This document shows positions 20,254-31,300 of a DNA stretch of 64,000 nucleotides, piece after piece. The stretch covers positions 14,115-78,114 of the IMG/VR virus record IMGVR_UViG_3300037424_001682. One strand, written 5' to 3'. The position numbers and the translations under genes are program-made. Origin of the DNA: a virus (taxonomy: Duplodnaviria; Caudoviricetes). The notes under the pieces are model-generated. The model was not told the origin of the DNA and searched no databases. It saw only the letters and a list, made by a program, of their open reading frames with translations. Each line of letters opens with the position of its first letter. The first letter of the stretch is position 1.

Positions 20254-21861
20254 TTAATTATTTATTTCGTATCTATATTTTCCACAATCCCATATTCTGT
20301 CAAAACCAACTTCTTTCATCATTTCCCACTCAGTTTTTTTATCATCATAAATTTTAGGAAACCTTTTTTTTATATTTTTTTTACCAAAACTAAATTTATG
20401 AAATCTTTTATATCTATCAAATTTGGAGTTATAATAATAATAATCAGGATCTAATATATTAACTAATTTAAAACCCAATTTAGTATATAAATTATTGTTT
20501 TTTTCTGGTGTCCATCTTATATCAGCAAATGATATAATTTTTTTTGGATTATATTTTTTTATAAAAAATTTTAATATTCTTGAGCCAATTCCATTTATTT
20601 TATATTTGTTTTTAACAGCAAATCTTGTTAATTCATATATAGTATGATCATGATCCTTAGTTTTATTCATATGTCTTTTATTATTAAAACACATCATGGC
20701 GACTATTTCACCATTTAATTCTGCAACTAACGATATGTTTGATTTATCATTACCTTGTAAATGATTCTCGTTTAAAAAATTAGATTTATATGTTGGATTA
20801 TTAAGTTCATAAATTATACATTTTCTTGCGTGTAAAATTTCTTTATTGTTAATACCCAATATATGTGAAATTTTATCAATAATTATTGTTGGTTTATAAT
20901 GTATTTCATCCTCAAATATATGATATAAATTTATGTTTTTATCTTTAGCGAGCAATGTTTTATTTAAATGATATTTCTTATTTTTCCCACCAAAAATTTC
21001 TGTGTGATATAAATTACCATTAATTTCAAAACCGATATTATTGTAAAGTAAATCTATCTCTAAACCATTTAATATTTTTCTATTACTTTGTTCAAAAGTA
21101 ATGTTAATGTTTTCTTTTATAAAAAACTCTAAAGATGAAAAATTTTTTAATGTGGTAGTATAATTATTTTTAAGTTTTTCCTTTGTTTCTGACGAAATTA
21201 ATAAATTTTCGTGTTTTATTTTATATTCTAATTGAGTAATTCCGTGTTTTTTTAATAAATGTGTGTTTGTAATCATTTTATAATGTTTTTTACAAATACA
21301 ACACTCCACCATATCATCATAAATTTCTTTCTTTATATATTTTTTTTCATCGGGATATTCTTTTAAATATACATCTAAGTCAATGTTATGGATAGATTTT
21401 AAATGCTTCTCATATGAACCTGCTTTATTCTCGATATCGTGTGTTGTCCAATCACAATATTTACATTTTTTTCTTTCTTTATTTTTTATTTTCAAAAAAT
21501 AAAAATATTCGTCATACCAAAATTTTCCGTTTTTATATTCAATGGATTTTCGAATATAATTTGATGGTATTATTATATCATTATATGTTTTTTTTAGATG
21601 TTCTGTCAGACAACCAGATTTGTTTTTATAATCGTAAAAAAATTTGTTTGTCTTTTTACATTTACAAACAATATGATATCCATTTTTATTAGGATAATTA
21701 ATCTCTATTTTTTTTTCAAAATCAAAACTCATCATTTGTTTTTGAATAAAACCAAACGAATATGAATGTTGTTTTGCTAATTTTCTAAGTGATGTTCCTG
21801 TTTTATATTTTAAATATATATCATTTAAAATATTTATTGGTATTTCTATTTTTTTTATCAT
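20254..21861 (-). CDS. Hef-like nuclease: zinc fingers + PD-(D/E)xK domain + C-terminal GNAT/Mom-like domain
   Basis: CKYC...HLKSIH, CCIC...HLLKKH; LEIDLLY...GFEINGNLYH; YELTRFA...ISFAD...YTKLGF...IWDCG. Confidence 0.75.
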   Translation of the reverse strand: MIKKIEIPINILNDIYLKYKTGTSLRKLAKQHSYSFGFIQKQMMSFDFEKKIEINYPNKNGYHIVCKCKKTNKFFYDYKNKSGCLTEHLKKTYNDIIIPSNYIRKSIEYKNGKFWYDEYFYFLKIKNKERKKCKYCDWTTHDIENKAGSYEKHLKSIHNIDLDVYLKEYPDEKKYIKKEIYDDMVECCICKKHYKMITNTHLLKKHGITQLEYKIKHENLLISSETKEKLKNNYTTTLKNFSSLEFFIKENINITFEQSNRKILNGLEIDLLYNNIGFEINGNLYHTEIFGGKNKKYHLNKTLLAKDKNINLYHIFEDEIHYKPTIIIDKISHILGINNKEILHARKCIIYELNNPTYKSNFLNENHLQGNDKSNISLVAELNGEIVAMMCFNNKRHMNKTKDHDHTIYELTRFAVKNKYKINGIGSRILKFFIKKYNPKKIISFADIRWTPEKNNNLYTKLGFKLVNILDPDYYYYNSKFDRYKRFHKFSFGKKNIKKRFPKIYDDKKTEWEMMKEVGFDRIWDCGKYRYEINN

Positions 21862-21907
21862 ATTTTATAACCATTTTTTGGGTTATAATCATATATACGA
21901 TAAAAAA

Positions 21908-21937
21908 CAAAAAAGGTTACATAAATGTAACCTTTTT
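21908..21937. terminator. Intrinsic terminator after major capsid gene
   Basis: AAAAGGTTACA-TAAA-TGTAACCTTTT with A/T tracts on both sides. Confidence 0.8.
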
Positions 21938-21958
21938 AATTATTTATTTTACTTACTG

Positions 21959-23629
21959 TTATTGTAAGTCACCGATACCGAACACTTGTAATCCATCTAC
22001 ATAGATTCTACCGTAATAACGGTTAAGAATCATTTTTTTAGCGTAACGTGTCATAATACCACGAATTGGCTTAAAGTCAAATGGGTTATACATTACAGGA
22101 GTAAGCTGCATTGGCACGTACGGCGCGTATATGTAGCCGGATTCGAGAATACTGGTACCTTTGTGACCAATTAACATAGTGTTAGCTGGTGAATAAGGAT
22201 CACGATATACTTCATATCGACCATTCAATGAACCGATTTTTTCGATACCCATATTGTATCGATCTTGTTCAGGAGCAGCATTACTTACGTGGAAGTATTC
22301 AAGATCATCAAGTACAGCACTAATTTCAGGAGAAACTACGATCCAAGAAGCCCCACCTCTAAGAACTGCTTTATGAATTTGAGCAGAAATTTGGTTGATC
22401 TTCATGATCAAAGTTTGGTTCCAGTCTTTTTGAGTACCGTAGTAAGGTGAAGTATATTTTCTCCATCCGTTCCAATCCCATCTAAGAGTCCATGCAGCAC
22501 CTCTTCTAAGGTCACGCAATACTTCTCTATCGATTTCAGCAGCCATTTGCTCAGAAAGCAATGCAGTTAATTCTGCTTCTGCGTCAATGTTATGGAAAGC
22601 ACTAACGTCTTGTGCAAGTTCAGGAGTCCATTGTGATCTCATTTTTCGAGTTTCAACATCCACAGTTACTTCATCAAGACCGAAAGTTACTTCTGCCATT
22701 TCACTATCTTCTTCCAGATCAGAGTAAACTCTATATGCGAAGTTGAAAGTAACAGCACTAGTTGCAGCACTAAATGGTTGATAACCATCTTGGCCAGGGT
22801 AGGTAAGGTCAACAAGTAATGTTAAATCACCGGTTGAAGTTACGATTGGTTGACCATATTTTTGAACCTTAACATTGTAAGGAACAATATCACCAGCAGT
22901 AATGCTTTCATCAGCAAAAGGAGCAGGAGCGATAAGATCAGTGTCTGCATAAATTTTCAATGATGCAAGGAATGATTCAGAGTCCATAGGAACACCAGCA
23001 GGACCAACAAGTTTACCTTGATTTGTAGTTGAGAAACCACCAACAACGACAGTTACAACGCTATTACCTTGAGTGTAAGCAGGTGTTTGTGTAGTTGTAC
23101 CAGTTACAACTTCAAATCGACCTTTACTTCTGTCAAATAATGAAGTACCTTCTTCGTTATATGCTGTTGCATAGAAAGCATCATAAAGTGATCTTTCTTC
23201 GAATTGAGTTCTTCCAGAAGCTGCTGTAGTTGCTGCGTTTTGGTATGCACCATCAGGAGATGTATGTGCAAACGATCCTGCAGACTCAACTCTAACACTA
23301 GTTTTAGGATTAATGTAATATAATTTACCTATTGGTAAGTTCAATGCTTGTACAGAAACGATATCGTTAGCAAGCAATTTTGCGAATACTCTTCGTATTA
23401 CAGGGAATGCAACGGTTTCAAATTGACCAGATGATGCAGAATCAGTTGATTCGTTAATCATATGTGAAAGTTGGTTCTCAAAAAGTTGAGCACAGTTTTC
23501 TTTCATATGACCATCAAGTCCTTCTAAAAGACCGATACTATCCCATCTATTGGTAATAATTTCTCTTTGTTCTCTAAGTTGTTTTATACCTATATTACCA
23601 ACTGATGCAGATTCAGTTAAAAAACCCAT
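21959..23629 (-). CDS. gp23: Major capsid protein (T4 gp23-like)
   Basis: FPVIRRVF...VSVQALNLP.G; TRKMRSQWTPELAQD; EAELTALLSEQMAAEIDRE; GYIYAPYVP; RGIMTRYA. Confidence 0.95.
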   Translation of the reverse strand: MGFLTESASVGNIGIKQLREQREIITNRWDSIGLLEGLDGHMKENCAQLFENQLSHMINESTDSASSGQFETVAFPVIRRVFAKLLANDIVSVQALNLPIGKLYYINPKTSVRVESAGSFAHTSPDGAYQNAATTAASGRTQFEERSLYDAFYATAYNEEGTSLFDRSKGRFEVVTGTTTQTPAYTQGNSVVTVVVGGFSTTNQGKLVGPAGVPMDSESFLASLKIYADTDLIAPAPFADESITAGDIVPYNVKVQKYGQPIVTSTGDLTLLVDLTYPGQDGYQPFSAATSAVTFNFAYRVYSDLEEDSEMAEVTFGLDEVTVDVETRKMRSQWTPELAQDVSAFHNIDAEAELTALLSEQMAAEIDREVLRDLRRGAAWTLRWDWNGWRKYTSPYYGTQKDWNQTLIMKINQISAQIHKAVLRGGASWIVVSPEISAVLDDLEYFHVSNAAPEQDRYNMGIEKIGSLNGRYEVYRDPYSPANTMLIGHKGTSILESGYIYAPYVPMQLTPVMYNPFDFKPIRGIMTRYAKKMILNRYYGRIYVDGLQVFGIGDLQ

Positions 23630-23666
23630 TTTCTTAATAGTTTAATTTATTTTTAATTATTATTTC

Positions 23667-25262
23667 TTATTTAGTGAACTTATAATTAATAAGTCCCTTT
23701 AATTTATTGAGGTGTTGATCATTTTTGTATGCAGATTCAGTAACTAATTTACTTTTATCCTTTACTGTTGATGATTCCCCAATTATTTCTTTATTTAATT
23801 TTTCTTCAACCTGTTCTTTGATTACTTCTTTGTTGTTATTTTTCATCTCAGAAACTACTTGTTTGAAGACTTTTTTAGATTCATCAATATTATTGATGGT
23901 TTTGAATTTGTTGATAATCTGTTTTACATTTTCTTTGTTTTCAACAGATTCAACCAAAATGTTATTAACATGAGCGAGATTAGTATTAAAGACTGCCATT
24001 TCTTGAAGGTGTGTTCTATATTTAGTCAAACCTTCTTTATATTGCTCGTTTACTTTTTCAAGTTTTCCAAGTTGATTTCTTTGTTCGTTGATCTTTTTAG
24101 ATAATTTCTTCTTGTCTTCAAGAAGAGTTTTGATCTTCTTATTTAAAGATTCAGCCATTTCACCCCATTCGGCACGAGTTCTTTCATGACCAGCACGGTT
24201 TCTGTATTGTTGACCATCATTAGGAAGACTACCTGCGCGAACTTTACCAGCAGAATAAGATTGGCCATGAATTTCGTCAATAGCCTCTTTATCTTCTTCT
24301 TTATCTTCGATATCAACATCTTCTTCATTAATTGTTGCTTGAGATGGTCCACCAGCACCGTTAGCGTTTCCTTTATTTTGATCAGGTCCAGATAATCCAC
24401 CAACTTCTTTCATTTCATCAACATTAGGAGTTTTCCCTTGTTTTTCACCAAACGGTTCACTATCGCCTACGTTTTCTTTAATGTTTTTCTTGTCAGTTTC
24501 ATCAAATGGATCGGTTTCGCCATGCTTTTTTTCAGGATTGTCAAAAGGTTCACCCTCATTTTCGTTTAACGATTTATCTTTGAAAGGATCACCCATTTTA
24601 CGAGCTTTGAATTCTTCATATAATGAGTTATAAACATCTTCTGATAAGTTATGATTTTCACCAAACATATTAGTTATATGTCCATTAAATTCATTCTCGT
24701 ACATTGTTTCTTTTTCTTTATTTTCCATGTCTGTTACGATTTCGCCCATTTTTTCATAAAGCATTTTAAATTTTTGGTACGGGTCTGTTACTTCGGCAGT
24801 TTCTTTAACTGCGCTTTCACCTGCCATATCTGGAATTACATCGGTGGTGTCATCAACATTTATTGAAGCACTACCAGTATCTAATCCTGCAAGTTCTTTT
24901 TCTAATTCACTGAAATCAAATTCATCATTTTCTACAGCAAATTGATCTTCGGGATTTGCGTTATTATACACATCTTCTACAGTATCCATACTCTCGGTTG
25001 TTAAATCAACTTCTTCATTGATTTGTTTTTCAGATTTTTTATTATCAACTAATTCTTTTTTATTTTTGCCTTCAACAATAGGCTCTTTATCTGATTTATT
25101 AGTAATTTTTTTTATTTCTTCATTTAATATTTCATCAAATTTATCAGGCATCGCCTTGATAATTTTTTCACGAGCAGATTTATCTGCTTCTTGAAGAAGA
25201 ACTTTAAAATCAATTAATGCTTCTTCTAAAATAGTTTTTTTAATTTCTTTTTTATTTTCCAT
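23667..25262 (-). CDS. Prohead scaffold/core protein (gp22-like)
   Basis: Acidic coiled-coil protein between protease and capsid; L..N..FK...I.ESK..F C-terminal pattern. Confidence 0.75.
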   Translation of the reverse strand: MENKKEIKKTILEEALIDFKVLLQEADKSAREKIIKAMPDKFDEILNEEIKKITNKSDKEPIVEGKNKKELVDNKKSEKQINEEVDLTTESMDTVEDVYNNANPEDQFAVENDEFDFSELEKELAGLDTGSASINVDDTTDVIPDMAGESAVKETAEVTDPYQKFKMLYEKMGEIVTDMENKEKETMYENEFNGHITNMFGENHNLSEDVYNSLYEEFKARKMGDPFKDKSLNENEGEPFDNPEKKHGETDPFDETDKKNIKENVGDSEPFGEKQGKTPNVDEMKEVGGLSGPDQNKGNANGAGGPSQATINEEDVDIEDKEEDKEAIDEIHGQSYSAGKVRAGSLPNDGQQYRNRAGHERTRAEWGEMAESLNKKIKTLLEDKKKLSKKINEQRNQLGKLEKVNEQYKEGLTKYRTHLQEMAVFNTNLAHVNNILVESVENKENVKQIINKFKTINNIDESKKVFKQVVSEMKNNNKEVIKEQVEEKLNKEIIGESSTVKDKSKLVTESAYKNDQHLNKLKGLINYKFTK

Positions 25263-25395
25263 GATAAAATATCATTACATAAATTTAATTTTCAATTCTT
25301 TTATAAATACACAAAAAAAAATAAAAAGTACATTTTTTTATAAAACGACTCTACAATTTTTATTTTTTGGTGCATTTTTTGCTTTTTTATTTTTT

Positions 25396-27270
25396 TTATC
25401 CTAATAAAATATCAATGCCTTTTTGCAATTTGCCTATTTTATTCTCAACCTCTAATATATTTTTCTTAATTGTTGATTCGGTACTAATTTGAAGTTCATT
25501 TCTTTCGGGAAATAAATAAGCCCCTGGCGTTGAAGGACTTGACACTAAATCAAAAGAAATTAATTCAAAATCATTTTGTACAATGTTTTTACCATTTACT
25601 TCTTCTATTGATCCAACACCACGAGAAGAAATACCTAATCGAATACCTCTTTTTAAATATTCCGCAATCTTATCACCAATCATGAAGGGTTCGCCTCTTT
25701 CCATATATGCTGGTGATGTTATTAATTCTAATTGTCCATATAAAATATTTTCATTGGCACCATTACCCCACCACATTTTTCGAATTATATGTGAAAGATT
25801 ATGTAAAGAAACGACCGAAGAATTACCCGTCCAATGCGCTTTACCATTTACTCTTGTCATAAAATTACCGTTTGGAACTCTAACACAAGCAATTTTATCG
25901 TTAATATGGATTTTATTTATTTTTATTGATCGTTTATCTAACCAAATATATGAAGTGTTTGATATATGTAAATTATATTGTATTTTAGAATTTTTAGATA
26001 ATATTTTTTTTTCGTTTTCAAATATTTCAACAGTGCCATCTTCTAACACCCTTTCTTTTTTATCTATAATTACCCTATCTATTGGTTGATATGTAGTTAT
26101 ATTACCAGAACCACCAATTTTTATTAAAACTTCATGTAAATCATCAATAAGTTGTTTAGATGTTGAAAAAACAGAGTTTCTTTTAGTTTTATTTATTGTA
26201 TTTAAACTTCTACCATCACCCAATCTAAACCAATCGAAAAATGTTTTTAATAAATCGGACGATGCTTGTTTTATTTCATACGGTATGTATTTATTGTGTG
26301 AATTACCCAAAGGAAATAAATATTTATATAATCTTGCGTCATGAATATGGTATTGTTCTTTACCATCATTAAAATTTTGAACTCTGTATTCAAAAGGTAA
26401 TCTATCTAATAATTCTTTTATTTTTTTCTTAGTATTTTCTTTCTTTTGAGTTATACAAATATCATAATATGTTCTTTTATTTGATTTTACTCCTAAACAA
26501 TGACCATCAGCAAGATAAATACCTAAAAAAGCAAACCAATCCTCCGCATTGATTGAAATGTTTTGAGTATATTTATATTTTAAGTCTTTTCTTATACTAT
26601 ATCCCAAATATTCATCTTCTACACCATTTAAAACAAATTCACTTAAAGTTTCACCAATCCACTCGGATTTTTTTAATATTTTATTTTTTCCTGATGATAA
26701 TATTCCACCAACATCCTCATAAATTTCTTGTGCAGTCATATAAAACCGAACGCCCTTATTATCTTCTAATAAAAATCTATGGTTGGGTGTTACTGTTATA
26801 TCTATAGTTCTTGATTTAAATTCAAACATTTCACCATTATAGTCTTCATAAATTTTCTTATCAATTTTTTGAATTTCAATTTTATTTGTTTTAGTATTTA
26901 ATGTTTGAATCTCTTCATTTTCAGAAATATTTTCCCATTCTTTCCACCCATTTTTTGTAAGTATTTGAGAGTCTTTTTCAACCCACATACAGTCGGGGTG
27001 ATCAGCTTCGGAGACGGCAGAATTCATATCAATTAATTTTTGATATGCTTCAACTTGTGGTACTAATATTTCTTTTGGATAAATTCTACCGTTTTTATTT
27101 TCAGTACCCCACTTTTGTAAAACACAATTAATTAAAATTGGTTGATTAGGGTCTAATGTTAATTTACCTTCGGTTAATAAACTTTTATTTAATTGATCAT
27201 CTATATATCCACTATCTTGTTCTATTAAAATCCCAAAACCAGTTTCGCCTCTTTGTAATATCTTACTCAT
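25396..27270 (-). CDS. gp21: Prohead protease (T4 gp21-like) with one intein
   Basis: NKNGRIYP-like ENKNGRIYP; EADHPD|SSVVSL; GISSRGVGS; DLVSSPSTPGA. Confidence 0.92.
   Translation of the reverse strand: MSKILQRGETGFGILIEQDSGYIDDQLNKSLLTEGKLTLDPNQPILINCVLQKWGTENKNGRIYPKEILVPQVEAYQKLIDMNSAVSEADHPDCMWVEKDSQILTKNGWKEWENISENEEIQTLNTKTNKIEIQKIDKKIYEDYNGEMFEFKSRTIDITVTPNHRFLLEDNKGVRFYMTAQEIYEDVGGILSSGKNKILKKSEWIGETLSEFVLNGVEDEYLGYSIRKDLKYKYTQNISINAEDWFAFLGIYLADGHCLGVKSNKRTYYDICITQKKENTKKKIKELLDRLPFEYRVQNFNDGKEQYHIHDARLYKYLFPLGNSHNKYIPYEIKQASSDLLKTFFDWFRLGDGRSLNTINKTKRNSVFSTSKQLIDDLHEVLIKIGGSGNITTYQPIDRVIIDKKERVLEDGTVEIFENEKKILSKNSKIQYNLHISNTSYIWLDKRSIKINKIHINDKIACVRVPNGNFMTRVNGKAHWTGNSSVVSLHNLSHIIRKMWWGNGANENILYGQLELITSPAYMERGEPFMIGDKIAEYLKRGIRLGISSRGVGSIEEVNGKNIVQNDFELISFDLVSSPSTPGAYLFPERNELQISTESTIKKNILEVENKIGKLQKGIDILLG
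25822..26991 (-). mobile_element. Intein in prohead protease (390 aa, LAGLIDADG)
   Basis: CMWVEKDSQILT ... WTGN|S next to the catalytic His motif; FLGIYLADG and FRLGDG. Confidence 0.85.
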
Positions 27271-27274
27271 GTTT

Positions 27275-27712
27275 TTATAATATTTTATTATAAATAGTTT
27301 CTTTTTTTGTTATTTTCTCATCAAAAGCATCTGCATACATCTTATTTTTGTAAATTATTATTATTTCAGAAGGTTTAATTGCTTCAATAATATGATATGT
27401 ATTACTAGGGATTAATTGAGAATCTTGAGATTTTAATTTGATTTTTTCATCATATTGAGGAATGATTAAATTTATCTCTCCACTTAAACATGTAATTCTT
27501 TTTAATTTATCGTCAATAATTGTGTTTGTTGTAGTATTTGCTCCATATTTAATAATACTACAAGACGTTTCGTTATTCGATGTATCAAATAATATTTTTT
27601 CGTCTGAAATATTTTTAATTTTTTTTTCGTTTAATACAGATTCAATAATAGAACATCTATTATCAATCCTTTTGGTGATATATTTAAATGCATCTATCTT
27701 CATATTATCCAT
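27275..27712 (-). CDS. Cupin-like protein
   Basis: ITCLSGEI...L...DSQLIPSNTYH pattern; similar in type to 51808-52227. Confidence 0.55.
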   Translation of the reverse strand: MDNMKIDAFKYITKRIDNRCSIIESVLNEKKIKNISDEKILFDTSNNETSCSIIKYGANTTTNTIIDDKLKRITCLSGEINLIIPQYDEKIKLKSQDSQLIPSNTYHIIEAIKPSEIIIIYKNKMYADAFDEKITKKETIYNKIL

Positions 27713-28253
27713 TTCTGTTAAAACTATTTTCTAACAATTTAATACTATTAATTAAATTAGTTTCTAAAGTACTTAATTTATCCAAAATTTGAGTATGTCT
27801 ATTACTGGTCATAATATCCCCGTTCTCAATTAATTTATTTAAGCCTTTAATAACATCCATTGCATATTTTTCAGATTCGGCCCATTGTTTGTTCCATTCA
27901 TCAACTTTATTCATTAATAATGTATTTATTGTGTCGTTTCTTTTTGTTGACTCTAATCTAACATCATCAACACGTTTAATAAATGTATTATTAATTTCGT
28001 CAATTTTATTTAAATGGCTTCTCGTTAAATCTTCAATTTTTTTTGCATAATCATCTTTGCTGTCTTCTAATTGTTTAGTTTTTTTAGAAAGCTCTTTCCA
28101 TAAAAGACCAACAACCCCTAATAATAATGCACCAGCAACACTAACAATCCAAACCAAAACCTTTGTAACCTCACCACTTTCTGCTGCCTTATCTAATCCC
28201 TCAATAGGGATGTTTGTTTGTAATAAACTAAATAATAAATTATAGATTCCCAT
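27705..28253 (-). CDS. Membrane protein with one TM and long coiled coil
   Basis: VLVWIVSVAGALLLGVVGLLW followed by heptads; late motif at 28269. Confidence 0.6.
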   Translation of the reverse strand: MGIYNLLFSLLQTNIPIEGLDKAAESGEVTKVLVWIVSVAGALLLGVVGLLWKELSKKTKQLEDSKDDYAKKIEDLTRSHLNKIDEINNTFIKRVDDVRLESTKRNDTINTLLMNKVDEWNKQWAESEKYAMDVIKGLNKLIENGDIMTSNRHTQILDKLSTLETNLINSIKLLENSFNRNG

Positions 28254-28338
28254 TTCATCAATTTTATATATAAATAGTTTTTTTGAGTCGAAAAAAGGTT
28301 TTTTCTAATTAAGTATTTATAAGAAAATATAAAAAAAT

Positions 28339-31300
28339 ATGGGGGTACAACTTATCGACCCGATAGAGGCAATTAAACAGTTTCCATTTGCAAACGGTGT
28401 TCCTGAATATGAACGAATGTTTATATTTGCAGAATTAACAGCACAACGTAGAGGTAGATCAATTATACTTTCAAGTGGAAATGGTACATTTAGTTTAGAA
28501 AGAACAATTAATAGTGATTTAACTGTTAATATGTTAGGTCCAGATAAACCAACTAATACTTTTACTACAAATTGGAGTGAAGCAACATCTGCAACCGAAG
28601 ATAATTTTGAAGGATTTGGTATTACTAGAATTTCAGTTAAGATTAATTCTAGTTTTGTACCTGTAGTTACTATTGATTTTTTAGATATTAGAGGTTTGGC
28701 ATTTTTTAATTCTGGTTCTAATTCACCATATGCTGTTTTACATGATTTTCCACCACCAATGTTTGATTTAACATTAAAAGGATATTATGGGAAATCATTA
28801 ACCTATCAACTCCATTTAATTAGGCAAAACACAACATTTGAAGGCACTAGTGGTAATTATAAAACTACCGCAGAATTTGTTGCACGAACCTTTGCACCAT
28901 TAACAGATATTTTATTTCAATATCCTAGAATGTTCCCTTTAATGGAAACAGATACTATTAATATTCCTGCACCACAAGCAAATTCTGCACCCGTAGGTAA
29001 TTTAATCACATCTAATAGAGCAATTCAACCCAAAGGTATCTTTAATTTGTTAGATAATATAAAAAACACATATCAACAAATTGATAGATTATTGCAAGAT
29101 TCAGATGAAAAAGAAAAAATAGAAACAAAACAAAAACAAAGAAATGATATTCGTATCAATTTAAATGAAATAAATAGATTTGCTACTCAATTAGATAATA
29201 AATCTTACAACAGTAATAATACTTCATTATTAATTCAAAAATTCGGTCCCGACCATAATTTCGTTGAAGATACTGTAGGACAATCGTTAACTTTATTATC
29301 GAACATTCAGGATTATCAAAAATCATTAAAATCAACCGAAACTACTGGTGTTGATTATAATAATAGATTATTTTTAGGTATTAAATTAAATGATGAAGAA
29401 GTTACACCAACTAATTTAGTTCCTAACATATCTTCTAATTTATATAACAATATTCAAACAAGAAACGCATTAAATACATTAGATAATTATAGAAAAAAAT
29501 TAATTGGTCAATATCCGAAAGAAGCAAATAACGAATTATTTGGTATCACATCAACCGGTTCTGAATCAGATATTAATAAAGTTATACCACAAGCACAAAT
29601 CAAATTTATCTATGTTTCATTAACAAATTCTAGTACACAAAATACTAATTATAAAAAAACTAATTATGTGACATTAGACATTACTTTGTTTTATCAAAAA
29701 TTATTTAAATATTTTACTGTTCAATTAGAAAAAGAAATCGATGAATTACAACGTGATTTAGGTGACCGTGTAAATGATATTACTGAAAGTAATTTGGAAA
29801 TGAAACCAACAATTAAAAACATTTTTAAAATAATTTGTGATGACGTTGATATTTTTTTTAATAAATTAAGAAATGCTGCTGTTAAGGGCCAAGAACATCA
29901 TAACGACCCTACAAATAAAGTAATAATTACAGGTAATGATGACTTACCAGAAGAAAAAAATAAAGTAACAGAAGTTGATGCTTTTCCGTTATATATTGAA
30001 CAATCCGTAATTAATGATATTAACGGTAATTGTAAAACAATAACTAGAAAACAACGTGCGTATCCCGCAAAAGATGGTGGTATTAGTAATCAAACAACTA
30101 CTCCGTTTCCAGAAGTAGAATTAGTTGAAAGATTTATTAATACATACATACAAATAAGAAATTTAGAATTAATCGATAAATTAAGAAACAAACAAAGTGC
30201 TAGTGGCGATTTAGTGTTCATACCATCATCGCCATACGATTCACTTTTAGGTAATCCAGATGCCTACCAATCTCCATATGTAGCGTCAAGCGTTGCTGGT
30301 GGAATAGGTACTGGTGAACTAACTCAAGAACAAATATTTAATGTTTTACTTAATAGATTCTATGTGTTTTCACAATATACTTATGCAGAATCTTTTTATA
30401 AAGAAGACAATAAAAATATTAAAGAATCCCTTGCTAAATTTGGTGGTGAAAGTGAAGCATCTAACATTGCATTATCAATAGTTAATACAGAAGTTATTGA
30501 TAATATGATTACATTATTAAATAATTATAGCACTTCTGATGCATTATTTGGATATTTATCCGGGAATACAAATATCGATAATTATTCTAAACAACAAACA
30601 TCAATATTATACGGTAAAAGTTCAAGTAATTTTGATCCTATATATAAAAGTAAAAGTAACGCAGCCCCTTATTTTGGGTTGAATATTCTTGATTCAAATA
30701 CTATTGGATTAGAAAGAAGTGGAGGTGAAGATAATATTATTGAAAAATATATCACAAATATTCAAAACGCGCCTACGGGATGGTTTGATAAAACAATAAA
30801 TTATATTAAAAATTTCTTCAATATTAACGAAAATTTAGTCTTTTCTATTGAAAATATTCAATTAATTAAAGACGCACCTAATAGTGAAAATGGTCAAACA
30901 AAATATGGGTTAGAATATAAACAATTCGACCCCACTCATAAAACAATAAATTATTTAGATAAATTAAGTACTGTTTTTGGTGGTAGATTTTCAGATGATT
31001 TTCATAACGATGCGGTGTTGTTGAAATTTTTGAAAGATCATCCTAATTCAGAATCTAGTTATTTTTTATTGTGTTCTTTATTTACCTTTTCAAAGACAAT
31101 ATTTACTACTGATATAAATCAAGCAATAGACGTTCCAGCATTATTTAACGTTCCTGCTTCTTTCCTTGTATATAGTGGTGCTTTATTGGATTATGAAACT
31201 AATTTTCAACCAGATTTACAACCATTATTTGATGCATTTAAAGAAGAATATGTTCGTCCAGTATTTTCTGCTCAAGGAACTCAAAATATTAATCTAACAA

